A DNA stretch of 64,000 bases from Bacteroidota bacterium (GTDB lineage: Bacteria; Bacteroidota; Ignavibacteria; UBA10030), in assembly GCA_050008835.1 (NCBI GenBank), contig JBEKLV010000001.1:5382-69381 (forward strand), read 5' to 3'. The translations under genes and the position numbers were made by a program. A model generated the notes under the pieces. The model searched no databases and was not told the origin of the DNA. It saw only the letters and a program-made list of their open reading frames with translations. Positions within the stretch are counted from its first letter, which is position 1. Every line of letters begins with the position of its first letter. Of this stretch, positions 28,061-38,024 are shown one piece after another.

Positions 28061-28738
28061 ATGAAAATACTTACTAGATTATTTGATAGGCCGCAATGGA
28101 AAAACCTTCGTTCGACTCGACCAGTTTCCAGCATCAACGGATTTGATCGCGGAACACCAATTGATCGAGTGTATATCGAAGATTTCTTAGAAAAAAATCG
28201 GGCAGTCATAACTGGAATAGTATGTGAGGTAGACGATGCAACATATTCAAAAATATATGGCAACAATATTATCAAGTATGAGATATTGGACGTTTCAAAT
28301 AACAATCCACAAGCTACTATTGTAGCTGACTTATCAAAAATTGAACTTTTGCCACATAATAAAATTGATTGCTTCATCTGTACCCAGACACTGCACCTAA
28401 TTTACGATTTTAAAGCTGCTATCAATGGTATATACGCCATGCTTAAAGTAGGTGGAATAGTTTTGGCAACAGTGCCTGGCATATCCCAGATATGCAGAGA
28501 TGATTTGCAAAGATGGGGAGATTATTGGCGATTTACGGTCCTATCAATTCAAAAAGCTTTTGAAGAGATTTTTGGAAAAGGAAATGTCGATGTAGATTTT
28601 TATGGAAATGTACTTTCAAGCATAGCATTTCTAGAAGGCATAGCAGTGGAAGAGCTTACAAGGGAAGAATTATTTTTTAAAGACGCGGATTATCAGATGA
28701 TCATCGTGGTGAAGGCGATAAAACAAAAGAATACTTGA
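28061..28738 (+). CDS. SAM-dependent methyltransferase
   Basis: Track ORF starts at 27950 but its first 37 codons are the tandem repeat; the ATG at 28061 (MKILTRLFDRPQWK) is more plausible; methyltransferase-like core (LKVGGIVLATVPG). Confidence 0.55.
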   Translation: MKILTRLFDRPQWKNLRSTRPVSSINGFDRGTPIDRVYIEDFLEKNRAVITGIVCEVDDATYSKIYGNNIIKYEILDVSNNNPQATIVADLSKIELLPHNKIDCFICTQTLHLIYDFKAAINGIYAMLKVGGIVLATVPGISQICRDDLQRWGDYWRFTVLSIQKAFEEIFGKGNVDVDFYGNVLSSIAFLEGIAVEELTREELFFKDADYQMIIVVKAIKQKNT

Positions 28739-28813
28739 TAATCAATAGCCAGTCAAGTTGTTTCGAGAATTGATATATGTATCTATGCCTTGTTCATTAA
28801 ACACAATGATTGA

Positions 28814-30124
28814 ATGAAAACCGACAGTAATAAATTTCAAAATCTGTTTTCCCAATCCCTCGCGAGCATTCTTTCCAAAAAACACATACTAAACCAGGCC
28901 ATCATCATGTCGGGAACAATAATCCTGGGCATGGTTTTCGGAGCGGCGGGTTCGATATGGGCGGCCCGTTGTCTTGGACCCCACAATCTAGGTATTTCGG
29001 GAATGGTTCAAAATATCGTTGGACTGGCAATGCTTCCCATGGAAATGATTTTTCCTACTGTGCTGGTTCGTGAATACAAAAATGCCCATGATTCGAAAAC
29101 AAGGGACAGAATTGTCCAAGCTTCGCATGGTTTTTGGTTGTTGATCGCCCTTGGCTTTTGTCTGATAGCAACGTTTTTTATGGCGTTAAAATGGGTCCCG
29201 AGTGAATATCATTTCGCCAGTTGGTTTTTCCTTCCGCTTATTCTCTTAAACTCCATGCAACCGGGTTGGATTTTTCAATCTGAGGAAAAACAGCACTTTC
29301 AATCAGCTATCGAGGTCATCCAGCCGGCTTTGGCGGCGGTGATTTATCTTATTTGGTTTAAACCGGGTATGTCGGCTGGTGATGATTTATTGGTCAATTC
29401 CATTGCAGCTTTGGTATTAACCATCGTATTTTGGCGGGCTATTTACAAACTCACCACATTCAAGGGACCCTTTTTTAGGTTTGATTTATTTAAGGATATT
29501 AAAGTTTTGATCCTCAATTCGCGATGGCTTTTCGTGTCAGCGCTTGCCGTTTATGTCTATACAACATTTGAACAACCACTTTTAGGGTGGTTGTATTCGG
29601 TAGAGGAACTTGGTAAATATAGGACCGCTATTTCCGTAACGAACGCTGCGCAGGCTTTTTTTACCATCATTCCCGCCATTCTTTATCCGCGTTTTATCGA
29701 ATGGCGAAAACAGCATGAAGAGATTCTCTGGGAGCGGCAATTAAAACTTACAGCGTTTTTTTCAGCCGGGGGATTTATCACTGCTTTATGCGGATTCATT
29801 TTCATTCCATTCTTCTATCCTTATGTTTTCGGACATTCCTTTGCACAAGCCGCCTGGCCTTGCGCAATTTTAGTTCTTTCGAAAATCATAGCTATCCTCA
29901 ATGGCATTTATGGTTGGGGTTTGATGACTGACCACTCTTATGATAAATTCGTGTCAATGACCATGATCGGTACAGCTATTTTTTCCCTCGGGATGAATCT
30001 TCTTTTCATTCCGAAATTCGGAATGATGGGCGCTGCCATCATCAATTTGTTGAGTGAGATTTTAATTTTACTTCTCTTCTTTGGCCTTTCGTTCAGGAGA
30101 ATTCAATTGATCCGAAATAAGTGA
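28814..30124 (+). CDS. Wzx-like oligosaccharide flippase / polysaccharide biosynthesis protein (MOP superfamily)
   Basis: 436 aa with about 12 predicted TM helices, the usual polysaccharide-transporter topology. Confidence 0.6.
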   Translation: MKTDSNKFQNLFSQSLASILSKKHILNQAIIMSGTIILGMVFGAAGSIWAARCLGPHNLGISGMVQNIVGLAMLPMEMIFPTVLVREYKNAHDSKTRDRIVQASHGFWLLIALGFCLIATFFMALKWVPSEYHFASWFFLPLILLNSMQPGWIFQSEEKQHFQSAIEVIQPALAAVIYLIWFKPGMSAGDDLLVNSIAALVLTIVFWRAIYKLTTFKGPFFRFDLFKDIKVLILNSRWLFVSALAVYVYTTFEQPLLGWLYSVEELGKYRTAISVTNAAQAFFTIIPAILYPRFIEWRKQHEEILWERQLKLTAFFSAGGFITALCGFIFIPFFYPYVFGHSFAQAAWPCAILVLSKIIAILNGIYGWGLMTDHSYDKFVSMTMIGTAIFSLGMNLLFIPKFGMMGAAIINLLSEILILLLFFGLSFRRIQLIRNK

Positions 30125-30407
30125 TATTGAGTTATACAAAATCTTAAATATCTGATTCAGGAAACACTCATTGCATTAAGTATTATTTTGAAATACAAAT
30201 CACTCACACGGGCTGAGGGAGAGATTTTACCGAAGTTGAGACTTCTGGATTGGAAAATTGAAATATATTTTCCTTTGAAAGGTAAGCAAGACAAAGAAAT
30301 AAAAACGCAGCTCTGCATTTTTACAAATGTTGTTATTACCTAGCTCGTTTTTTGTACATCAATGACTAGTACATTCACAGTGCCAATGCTCTAAATAGGA
30401 ATGGAAT

Positions 30408-31019
30408 ATGAAATTGAATCTTGGATGCGGTTCTCAAGTGCCCGATGGTTGGGTTAATGTTGATTATTCTCTTGGTGCGCGATTCGCAAAAATCCCATTG
30501 TTTACTCTGATAAATAGGAAATTGAAATTATTCGATCTCAACTGGGATAGTCGAATTTATATACACGATTTGACCAAGAGATTCCCGTGGAATGACGGAT
30601 CTATTGATGTTGTTTACATTTCTTTTGTCCTGGAGTACTTTACACGAGACGAAGGCCGTACATTTTTAGCTGAATGCCATCGGGTGTTGAAAAAGAATGG
30701 ATTAATCAGAATGCTCATCTGGGATCTCCGTTACATTGTGAATGAATACGTTACTGGAAGACTTCCGGCGGATGATTTCATTGGCGAACTCTGCGTACTA
30801 CAGGGTCATCATGCAAACAGGATAAAGAATCATCTTTACCCTTTTATACAATTGCCTGCAAAATGTATGTATGACGCAACTAGGCTTATAGAGATTTTAA
30901 ATGATATAGGATTCACTGCGGTTAGTAAAAATGCCTTCGAAAGTGAAATAGATGACATCACGCGAATTGAACAGCAATGCACTGAAGATGTCGTGATCGT
31001 GGAAGGACGGAAAAGATAA
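30408..31019 (+). CDS. Class I SAM-dependent methyltransferase (type 11)
   Basis: MKLNLGCGSQVPDGWVNVD motif I, LKKNGLIRMLI motif. Confidence 0.75.
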   Translation: MKLNLGCGSQVPDGWVNVDYSLGARFAKIPLFTLINRKLKLFDLNWDSRIYIHDLTKRFPWNDGSIDVVYISFVLEYFTRDEGRTFLAECHRVLKKNGLIRMLIWDLRYIVNEYVTGRLPADDFIGELCVLQGHHANRIKNHLYPFIQLPAKCMYDATRLIEILNDIGFTAVSKNAFESEIDDITRIEQQCTEDVVIVEGRKR

Positions 31020-31260
31020 TGCATAAAAAAACGCGTTCAACAAGGTTCTTACGTTGACACCCGTTAATAGTTATTGTTTCTATGTTATTGTCAATTATAG
31101 ATTGATCGCATCTGCAGTGGTCTGAAAAACACCGGATTTTACGCAGCCGATATTCTTTCGTTTTAAGTATCTGATAAACCAAACAGACATCCGAAATACG
31201 AGAACGAAGACGCCTGGCAGACGGTGTGCGATTCTGGCTTGGCGATATGCATATCCCGAT

Positions 31261-32418
31261 CTATTTTGGGCCGCAGAATTCGAGAATTAAACCACGCGCT
31301 TTTTCGCCTGCAGTTTTCCAGTTCAGTCGTTCGGAATATTCCTGGAAAGAGGACAAGGATAACCGTTCGTATTCTTCCCTGTCCGACATGAGACCTAAGA
31401 TATATTGGCAATACTTCTCAGGATCGTCCGAAGGTGAAAAGGTTTGACCGTTCCTTCCGTTATGAATAGCTGTGGTAACACCACCCACATCCGTTGCCAG
31501 GGACGGAAGACCAAAGGATGATGCCTCAGCGAATGCTATCCCGTAACATTCTGCCCTGGTTGGCAAAATTAAAAAATGGGCTTTTGAATATAAATTGTCT
31601 AATAAATTCCGTCCTTGTTCTGTTTTTTTTGATATGAAACCATAGTGCTTCACGAAGTCAGGCATTTCACCCGGCGGGCGGCATCCAACCACGTGTAATT
31701 CGGTTTGTACCCCCCGCTGATTGAGCAGTTCAGCGACTTTAACTGCTACATCTCCGCCTTTCCAGAACCAATCCATACCTACGAAGAGTAATTTGCAAAC
31801 GTCAAAATTTTTATTGGAAAATATTTTTTTGATTTCCGGAATGTCCCGATGACATTCAATATTTGCCCCGTACGGCACAACCTTTACCTTTGCGGGATCA
31901 ACGTCATAATATTTTAGGGCCGTGCCGGCCGCCCATTCAGAACTGAAGATAGCCAAACGACATTTGGATAAAAGCAATTGCTGCATCCTATTCCCGTTCC
32001 TCAGTGTTTCATTGCAAAAATTTGTACATGCTGGGGGAAATTCACCCATGCCAGCAAAAGTGGAATCATGCCAAAAGATGATCGGCTTTTCCGTGCGTAC
32101 ATATGATAGGGGAACGTATCCCCCTCCGCCTGCCAAAAATACCGCATCACAATCAATGGATGAAAGGGATTTTTCGGCTTGCTTACAAAAATATCTGCTA
32201 ACAGCGGGATCTAGTTGCCTTGAGTAGTACTTAGAGGAAAACAACATGTACATGACTTTTTTAACACTTGTAGTTAGATAATGATATCCCTCTTTCAAGT
32301 TCCCTATGGGTATGGTTTGAATACCACTGTCGTTAAACGCACATCTCGTGTAATAAGTTGTTCCGGACCAATTATGTATATCAGAAGAATCGCTATGCGT
32401 TATGTAAGCCAATTTCAT
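31261..32418 (-). CDS. Glycosyltransferase family 4, tandem paralog 1
   Basis: EX7E-type motif region ECYGIAFAEASSFGLPSLATDVGG; start set at M32 of the track ORF (MKLAYITHSDSS) by alignment to paralog 2; ends in TAG. Confidence 0.75.
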   Translation of the reverse strand: MKLAYITHSDSSDIHNWSGTTYYTRCAFNDSGIQTIPIGNLKEGYHYLTTSVKKVMYMLFSSKYYSRQLDPAVSRYFCKQAEKSLSSIDCDAVFLAGGGGYVPLSYVRTEKPIIFWHDSTFAGMGEFPPACTNFCNETLRNGNRMQQLLLSKCRLAIFSSEWAAGTALKYYDVDPAKVKVVPYGANIECHRDIPEIKKIFSNKNFDVCKLLFVGMDWFWKGGDVAVKVAELLNQRGVQTELHVVGCRPPGEMPDFVKHYGFISKKTEQGRNLLDNLYSKAHFLILPTRAECYGIAFAEASSFGLPSLATDVGGVTTAIHNGRNGQTFSPSDDPEKYCQYILGLMSDREEYERLSLSSFQEYSERLNWKTAGEKARGLILEFCGPK

Positions 32419-32476
32419 TTTTGAGATTCCATTTTTAACACACCCGCAATCATTAGTGGGTCTGCCATATTCGAAT

Positions 32477-33634
32477 TCAAACCAGATCTTTTTTGGGTCC
32501 GCAGAATTCAAGAATTAAATCATGCATTTTTTGGCCTGCAGTTTTCCAGTTTAATCGTTCGGTGTATTCCTGGAAGGAGGACAATGATAGCCGTTCGTAG
32601 TCTTGCCTGTCCGCCATGAGACTTAAAATATATTGGCAATACTTTTCAGGATCGTCGGCCGGTGAGAAGGTTTGACCGTTCTTACCGTTATGAATAGCCG
32701 TGGTAACGCCACCCACGTCCGTTGCCAGGGACGGAAGACCAAAGGATGACGCCTCAGCGAATACTATTGCACAACATTCCGCCCTCGTGGGCAAAATTAA
32801 AAAATGAGCTTTTGAATATAAATCGTTTAATAAATTCCGTCCTTGTTCGTTTTTTTTTGATATGAAACCATATTGCTTCACAAAGCTAGGCATTTCACCC
32901 GGCGGATGGCACCCAACCACGTGTAATTCCGTTTGTAATCCCATCTTATTAAGCAACCCGGCGACTTTAACCGCCACATCGCCACCCTTGCGGAACCATT
33001 CTACACCCACGAATAGTAATTTACAAACATCGAAATCTTTATTGGATAATTTTTTTTTGATTTCCGGAACATCCCGATGGCATTCAATATTCGCGCCAAA
33101 TGGCACGACCTTGACTTTTGCGGGATTCACTTCATAGTATTTGAGGGCTGTGTCGGCCGCCCATTCAGAACTAAAGATGGCCAAGCGGCATTTGGATAGA
33201 ATCAATTGTTCGACCATGTTCCCGTTTCGTATTGTTTCATCGCAAAAATCCGTATTGTATTCAGGAAAAAATTCGTAAAGTCCGGCAAAAGTAGCGTCGT
33301 TCCAATAGATAATCGGCTTTTTGGTGCGCAAATATAAATTGGATTCCTGACCAAAAACAGCATCACATTCGATGGAAGAAAGGGAATGATCAATTTGAAT
33401 AGATACATATTTCAAAATGGCGGGATCCAGATTCCTAGCATATTCTTTAGAAAGAAACCGCTTATACAGGATTTTTTTTACTCCAGTGGTTATGTAATGG
33501 TATCCCTCTTTCAAGTTTCCTATGGGTATGGTTTGAATGCCGCTATCGTTTAACGAGCGATTTATGTAGTAGGTCAATCCGGAAAAATCGTGTACATCCG
33601 TAGAATCGTTTCTTGTTACGTAAGCTAATCTCAT
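32477..33634 (-). CDS. Glycosyltransferase family 4, tandem paralog 2
   Basis: About 85% aa and 88% nt identity to 31261-32418 (for example KVVPFGANIECHRDVPEIKK..., SFGLPSLATDVGGVTTAIHNG...); contains two A9 homopolymers. Confidence 0.8.
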   Translation of the reverse strand: MRLAYVTRNDSTDVHDFSGLTYYINRSLNDSGIQTIPIGNLKEGYHYITTGVKKILYKRFLSKEYARNLDPAILKYVSIQIDHSLSSIECDAVFGQESNLYLRTKKPIIYWNDATFAGLYEFFPEYNTDFCDETIRNGNMVEQLILSKCRLAIFSSEWAADTALKYYEVNPAKVKVVPFGANIECHRDVPEIKKKLSNKDFDVCKLLFVGVEWFRKGGDVAVKVAGLLNKMGLQTELHVVGCHPPGEMPSFVKQYGFISKKNEQGRNLLNDLYSKAHFLILPTRAECCAIVFAEASSFGLPSLATDVGGVTTAIHNGKNGQTFSPADDPEKYCQYILSLMADRQDYERLSLSSFQEYTERLNWKTAGQKMHDLILEFCGPKKDLV

Positions 33635-33681
33635 ATTTGAAGTTCCTGTTATTAACCCGCTCGTTTTCGATAATTGGACGC

Positions 33682-34842
33682 CTATAAAGTTGGTTCTGGA
33701 GTCCCTTGATCCGTTTTGGGAAAATAGGTTTCAGTTGTTTCCATGTGATCGAATTGAACTGCAGAATAGAACGGGCACTTTTTGCACAATGCCGGCAGTA
33801 TTCCGTTCATAAAATTTTCTCTAATGAGTTTGATTTTTCCTGCGTTATGTTTCATGAGCGACGTAAAATCTGGATGATTCTTAAGGGAATCGATTCTAAG
33901 AGAATCGCGCTCTGTCTCAATGGATAAGTCGTAACGGCAATTGCACAATCGCACATCGCCGTTTGCATGAATGCCGACCTGATAAAGGCGTTCACAGGGA
34001 TAGGCCTTTTTCAGGGGATAGATGGACTTCAGTGAATTCCAATCGAGCTTCATTGTACCGATCATATCCCGAATTGTAATATCTCCACCCCAAGTATCGA
34101 ATGCCTTCATGGGGTCGCTTAAATATATTTTCTTTCCGACAAATCCGGCGATGAAGTTACTATAGAACTCACTCCTTTGAATATATTTTTTCGTGAGATA
34201 GCTTCGCGGCTCAAAAGAGATTTCTACCGTGGAATTCAGGCGCCGGTGCGCCTCCAGCAATTGCATAATCGATTTTTTAAACTCGTGGTATTTCCGAACG
34301 CCAAACACGGTCTCGTACAATTCATCGGAAAAACCGGGTGTGGAAATGTAAACATGATTTATCCCTGACAGCAGAAGTCCGTCGATGTCGAATCGGTACA
34401 ATTGAATGGCATTGGTATAGGTCTGTATTGTTTCGAAGCCCGCTCTTTTTGCCGCACGTATAATTTCAACGGCGTTCTTGTTGGTAAAGAGCTCGCCGGT
34501 CAACGGAGTTAAATCGAGGTGCCTGTAGCCGAATGCAACACTGGAACGTGCAACCGATTCGAACCACTCCAGCGACGCGATGTTCATTTTGCGATAATCG
34601 GATTTGTAGATACAGAAGACACATTTCGCATCGCAGACGCTTGACACTTCGATGACAATGATGTGCCGGGGATCTACCCGGGGGACTGAGGGGAAAAAAA
34701 GATTACGAACTGATTTAGCAATGAATCGGCTCGGTTGATGCGAGAGAATAATATCTTTGACATACAATTTAAGGCTGTTGAAACCATTGTCAAAAAAAAA
34801 CGTGCGCTTAGCTACACTTTTTTGTACTTCATATTTCTTCAT
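33682..34842 (-). CDS. Radical SAM enzyme with Cys-rich C-terminal (SPASM/twitch-like) region
   Basis: CDAKCVFC (CxxxCxxC) at about residue 70; C-terminal CNCRYD...CKKCPFYS cysteine cluster. Confidence 0.6.
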   Translation of the reverse strand: MKKYEVQKSVAKRTFFFDNGFNSLKLYVKDIILSHQPSRFIAKSVRNLFFPSVPRVDPRHIIVIEVSSVCDAKCVFCIYKSDYRKMNIASLEWFESVARSSVAFGYRHLDLTPLTGELFTNKNAVEIIRAAKRAGFETIQTYTNAIQLYRFDIDGLLLSGINHVYISTPGFSDELYETVFGVRKYHEFKKSIMQLLEAHRRLNSTVEISFEPRSYLTKKYIQRSEFYSNFIAGFVGKKIYLSDPMKAFDTWGGDITIRDMIGTMKLDWNSLKSIYPLKKAYPCERLYQVGIHANGDVRLCNCRYDLSIETERDSLRIDSLKNHPDFTSLMKHNAGKIKLIRENFMNGILPALCKKCPFYSAVQFDHMETTETYFPKTDQGTPEPTL

Positions 34843-34890
34843 TGAGACTTTCTCTAAATCTTTATTCCAAAGCCGAGTCGACCTTCGCGG

Positions 34891-36042
34891 TTATTGAGTT
34901 TCTCCAGAACCCGTTTCATTACAGCATAGATAACAAGCCTGTACGAGATTACTAATCGCCTTCTCTACACTAAAAATTTTGCTTTTATTGATAGATGCAA
35001 TTGAAAATCTTTCGATGAGATTAGGTTCATTCAGAAAGCGGATTATTTTTTCGGATAATACTTTCGTGTCTCTTGGATCAAGAATAAAACCATTGACGCC
35101 CTCCTCGACTGCTTCGCCCGCTGTTCCATCGAAGATGGAACCGATAATAGGTAATCCTGCCGATAGCGCTTCGAAATTGGCCAGCGCTCTGAAATCACCC
35201 AAGGTGGGAAAAACAAATACGTGGGCGTTCGCGTAATAATGGCCAAGTTCATCATATGGGCATTTTCCAACGAACGTCACGCTTTTCTTCAATCCACTTT
35301 TTCCGGCTAAGGACTCCAGTGATTGCCTCTCCGGACCATCTCCAACAACAGTTAAATGAATTCGGTTTAAATAATCCTCGGGAAGCTCCTCAAGGGCTTG
35401 AAGAAGAAAGCGAATCCCTTTCCCTTCGATGATCCTGCTTACAGTTAACAGTCTCAAGCATTCGCCAGGGTTAAGAATTTTGGGCACTATGGCCGATTTA
35501 TACAAAATCGATGAAGTTAAAAATGGTCCCACAAATATTTTATTTGCTTCGACCTTAAGCTCTTCAGTCAAATATCGTCTGCCAAGATCGTTGTTTGTTA
35601 AAATAAAATCTACATGAGAAACAATCCATTGCCGGAAAAAACTAATTAATTTGTTTTTTCTGTTAACCCCGTAAAAAAAAGTCAGGAAACCTGGATCATT
35701 TTCAACTAAGAGCAGAATGCGGGTTCGTTTATGAAAGAAGCGGTAATATATCCCAAAAAATGTTGTTTGATCGAACTCGGACAATATTATCAATTCCGGC
35801 AAAGTTTTCCAGAGATGCGACATAACAGATAAAAAAACTGCGATGGGACCAAAAATATTTTTCCATGGGGCCATTTTTAATACTCGATCGCCGGTCTCTC
35901 TTACGATTGATTTTGTTTCCAAATTCAACATCACGGTCTTTGGAAATTCTTTAAGAAAACCTGCCAGGATTGGTTCCATGTACAAAAGTTCGTTACCGTA
36001 ACCAAAACATCTCATTAAAAAAACTACTTTTTTATCGCTCAT
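34891..36042 (-). CDS. Glycosyltransferase family 4
   Basis: VGDGPERQSLESLA...FVFPTLGDFRALANFEALSAGLPIIGS GT4 C-terminal domain. Confidence 0.8.
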   Translation of the reverse strand: MSDKKVVFLMRCFGYGNELLYMEPILAGFLKEFPKTVMLNLETKSIVRETGDRVLKMAPWKNIFGPIAVFLSVMSHLWKTLPELIILSEFDQTTFFGIYYRFFHKRTRILLLVENDPGFLTFFYGVNRKNKLISFFRQWIVSHVDFILTNNDLGRRYLTEELKVEANKIFVGPFLTSSILYKSAIVPKILNPGECLRLLTVSRIIEGKGIRFLLQALEELPEDYLNRIHLTVVGDGPERQSLESLAGKSGLKKSVTFVGKCPYDELGHYYANAHVFVFPTLGDFRALANFEALSAGLPIIGSIFDGTAGEAVEEGVNGFILDPRDTKVLSEKIIRFLNEPNLIERFSIASINKSKIFSVEKAISNLVQACYLCCNETGSGETQ

Positions 36043-36860
36043 CGGATTCTACCCAGGTTACGTTTAATAATCCATGATAATCTCTGATAGCGCAGGTAGA
36101 ACCCGCAGGTTTTAATACGGTAATTAAAAATGGAAGTCCAAGATGGTATATAGATTCTATGAATTTCCATTAAATCGTTGCGAAAGTGGATGGGGCCGCT
36201 TTCGACTGCAATGCCGAATGTAAATCCTTCCTGCGCTGTAATACTTTTGATTTCTTCGCTTACGCTCCCATAGGGGTATGCAAAAGAAACCACCGGTTTA
36301 CTCAAAAAGGTTTCCAACGCATTTTTAGAGCCGCCGATTTCCTTATGGATTTCATTGGGACTTAATTTGGTCAGATCGGGATGGCTCATTGAATGTGCCC
36401 CGAATTCTAGCAGGCCACTCTTAAGCATTTCCATAATTTGATTCGGTGTTAAGAGCTTTGCCTCTTGGAGCCCTTCTTGAATATCCCAGGCATTGTTTCG
36501 AAGTTGCCGGTCTCCTATTATATAAATGACGGCTTTCATCTGATATTTTTTTAAAAGTGGAAATAAATAGTAATAGTTATCTTCATAGCCATCGTCAAAA
36601 GTGAGGATAATGGGTTTTTTCGGGAGCTGACGATGGAGCAGATCCTCAAAGCCAATTGTCTCAAAGCCCCGGTGTTTCAAGAACAGCAGCTGCTTTTCCA
36701 TGTTTTGCTGGGTGATGTGTATATCGTATTCTGCGGAAGCAAGTTTCCTTTCTACAACTCGGTGGTACATCAACACCGGTAACTCGTGAATACTTGACAG
36801 GTTGTTTCCCAGAAGAGATTGTTGGACTAAATTTTCCGTGCTTGAGTTTGTGTCTTTCAT
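36039..36860 (-). CDS. Polysaccharide deacetylase (CE4, NodB homology)
   Basis: PIILTFDDGYEDNYYYLFPLL NodB motif 1; HS...H motif later. Confidence 0.8.
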   Translation of the reverse strand: MKDTNSSTENLVQQSLLGNNLSSIHELPVLMYHRVVERKLASAEYDIHITQQNMEKQLLFLKHRGFETIGFEDLLHRQLPKKPIILTFDDGYEDNYYYLFPLLKKYQMKAVIYIIGDRQLRNNAWDIQEGLQEAKLLTPNQIMEMLKSGLLEFGAHSMSHPDLTKLSPNEIHKEIGGSKNALETFLSKPVVSFAYPYGSVSEEIKSITAQEGFTFGIAVESGPIHFRNDLMEIHRIYIPSWTSIFNYRIKTCGFYLRYQRLSWIIKRNLGRIR

Positions 36861-37043
36861 GTTGTATATGAAGAGAATATATCGTGATCTTCAAACGATT
36901 CAACAAGTTTTGCATCGTTCAAAAACAAAATGATTCTGTACATCCTGCGGCTTTGCCAGAATAATATTTTGCGCCGATTTGAGATCAAGAAGGGGAATTT
37001 GCATAGGTTTTCAACCTTTGAACATTTGCTGGATAGTGAGGAT

Positions 37044-38024
37044 TTAGGGTAATGGACAGTGCTTTTTCATCCACCACGCTGCCATTTCTTTCGGAAGGCA
37101 ATGCCATGTATCTTGAATTTGTGCTAGGTATTGTAAGAATTGTTCATACAGATGTAAATGATTTTTTTTCATGAGATAATCGGGGTGAGTTAATGTTAAA
37201 ACGACTCCGCGATTGCTTACTACCCAATCAGCTTTCTTCTGCCATATAGAAATATCTTTCTTATTTAAGATATAAAAAAGTGTATGGTCTTGTGGTATGG
37301 TATAGGGCAATTCGACAAATTTCCCTGCAATAAATGGCCAAATCGAACCCGTTCCACCCGGAATAGGCTGGAACGGGTCGTAATCAAAACACGAAGCATC
37401 ATATTCGATATCCAATTGCTGTAGCCAGAGGAGATTCCTATGTACCATTGGCGATCGAAATCCAACGGCACCATATTTCTTCAATGCTTTATTGATATAG
37501 CTTGCCCGCTCTCGAAAGATTTTTTCAGAATAATACAATTTGCCATCGTGGTTGTAGCCATGAATCCCGATTTCATGACCCGATTCACGGATCAATCGAA
37601 TAATTCCTTCGTCAATTTTATATTTATAAGGAACGATATTCCATGAGGAACATAAGTTATATCGCCTTTCCATTTCTAGAATCTTGGGTATATACCTCAA
37701 TCCTTCGGTTGTCTCCACATCATGTGTCAGGATAATAGCGGAATCGAACCCGGGAGGATACAGATTTTGAATCGTCACTTTGCTTTTTGGGGATTGATGA
37801 ACAATGTTAACTAATTGGTCGTCAATAAAATCTCGTTTCCACGAAATTTCTTTACTAACATTTTTCTGAAGTCGTAGTCGTACTTGTATGGGAATTATCG
37901 GACGGATCACTGAATAGTACAGCTTCTGTATCGTGGAAAACTTTAATTCAAAGCCATTTTCAAGAAGATAGCGCTTCAAAGTTACATTATCAATGTCGGT
38001 GAATGGGAATCTAATTTCTATCAT
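37044..38024 (-). CDS. Polysaccharide deacetylase-like protein (divergent CE4)
   Basis: AIILTHDVETTEG and IGIHGYNHD resemble divergent NodB motifs. Confidence 0.45.
   Translation of the reverse strand: MIEIRFPFTDIDNVTLKRYLLENGFELKFSTIQKLYYSVIRPIIPIQVRLRLQKNVSKEISWKRDFIDDQLVNIVHQSPKSKVTIQNLYPPGFDSAIILTHDVETTEGLRYIPKILEMERRYNLCSSWNIVPYKYKIDEGIIRLIRESGHEIGIHGYNHDGKLYYSEKIFRERASYINKALKKYGAVGFRSPMVHRNLLWLQQLDIEYDASCFDYDPFQPIPGGTGSIWPFIAGKFVELPYTIPQDHTLFYILNKKDISIWQKKADWVVSNRGVVLTLTHPDYLMKKNHLHLYEQFLQYLAQIQDTWHCLPKEMAAWWMKKHCPLP

Noticed and set aside
27877-28377. 166-aa minus-strand ORF
   Set aside because: It lies entirely antisense to the methyltransferase CDS, with no domain features and low-complexity sequence; a shadow ORF.
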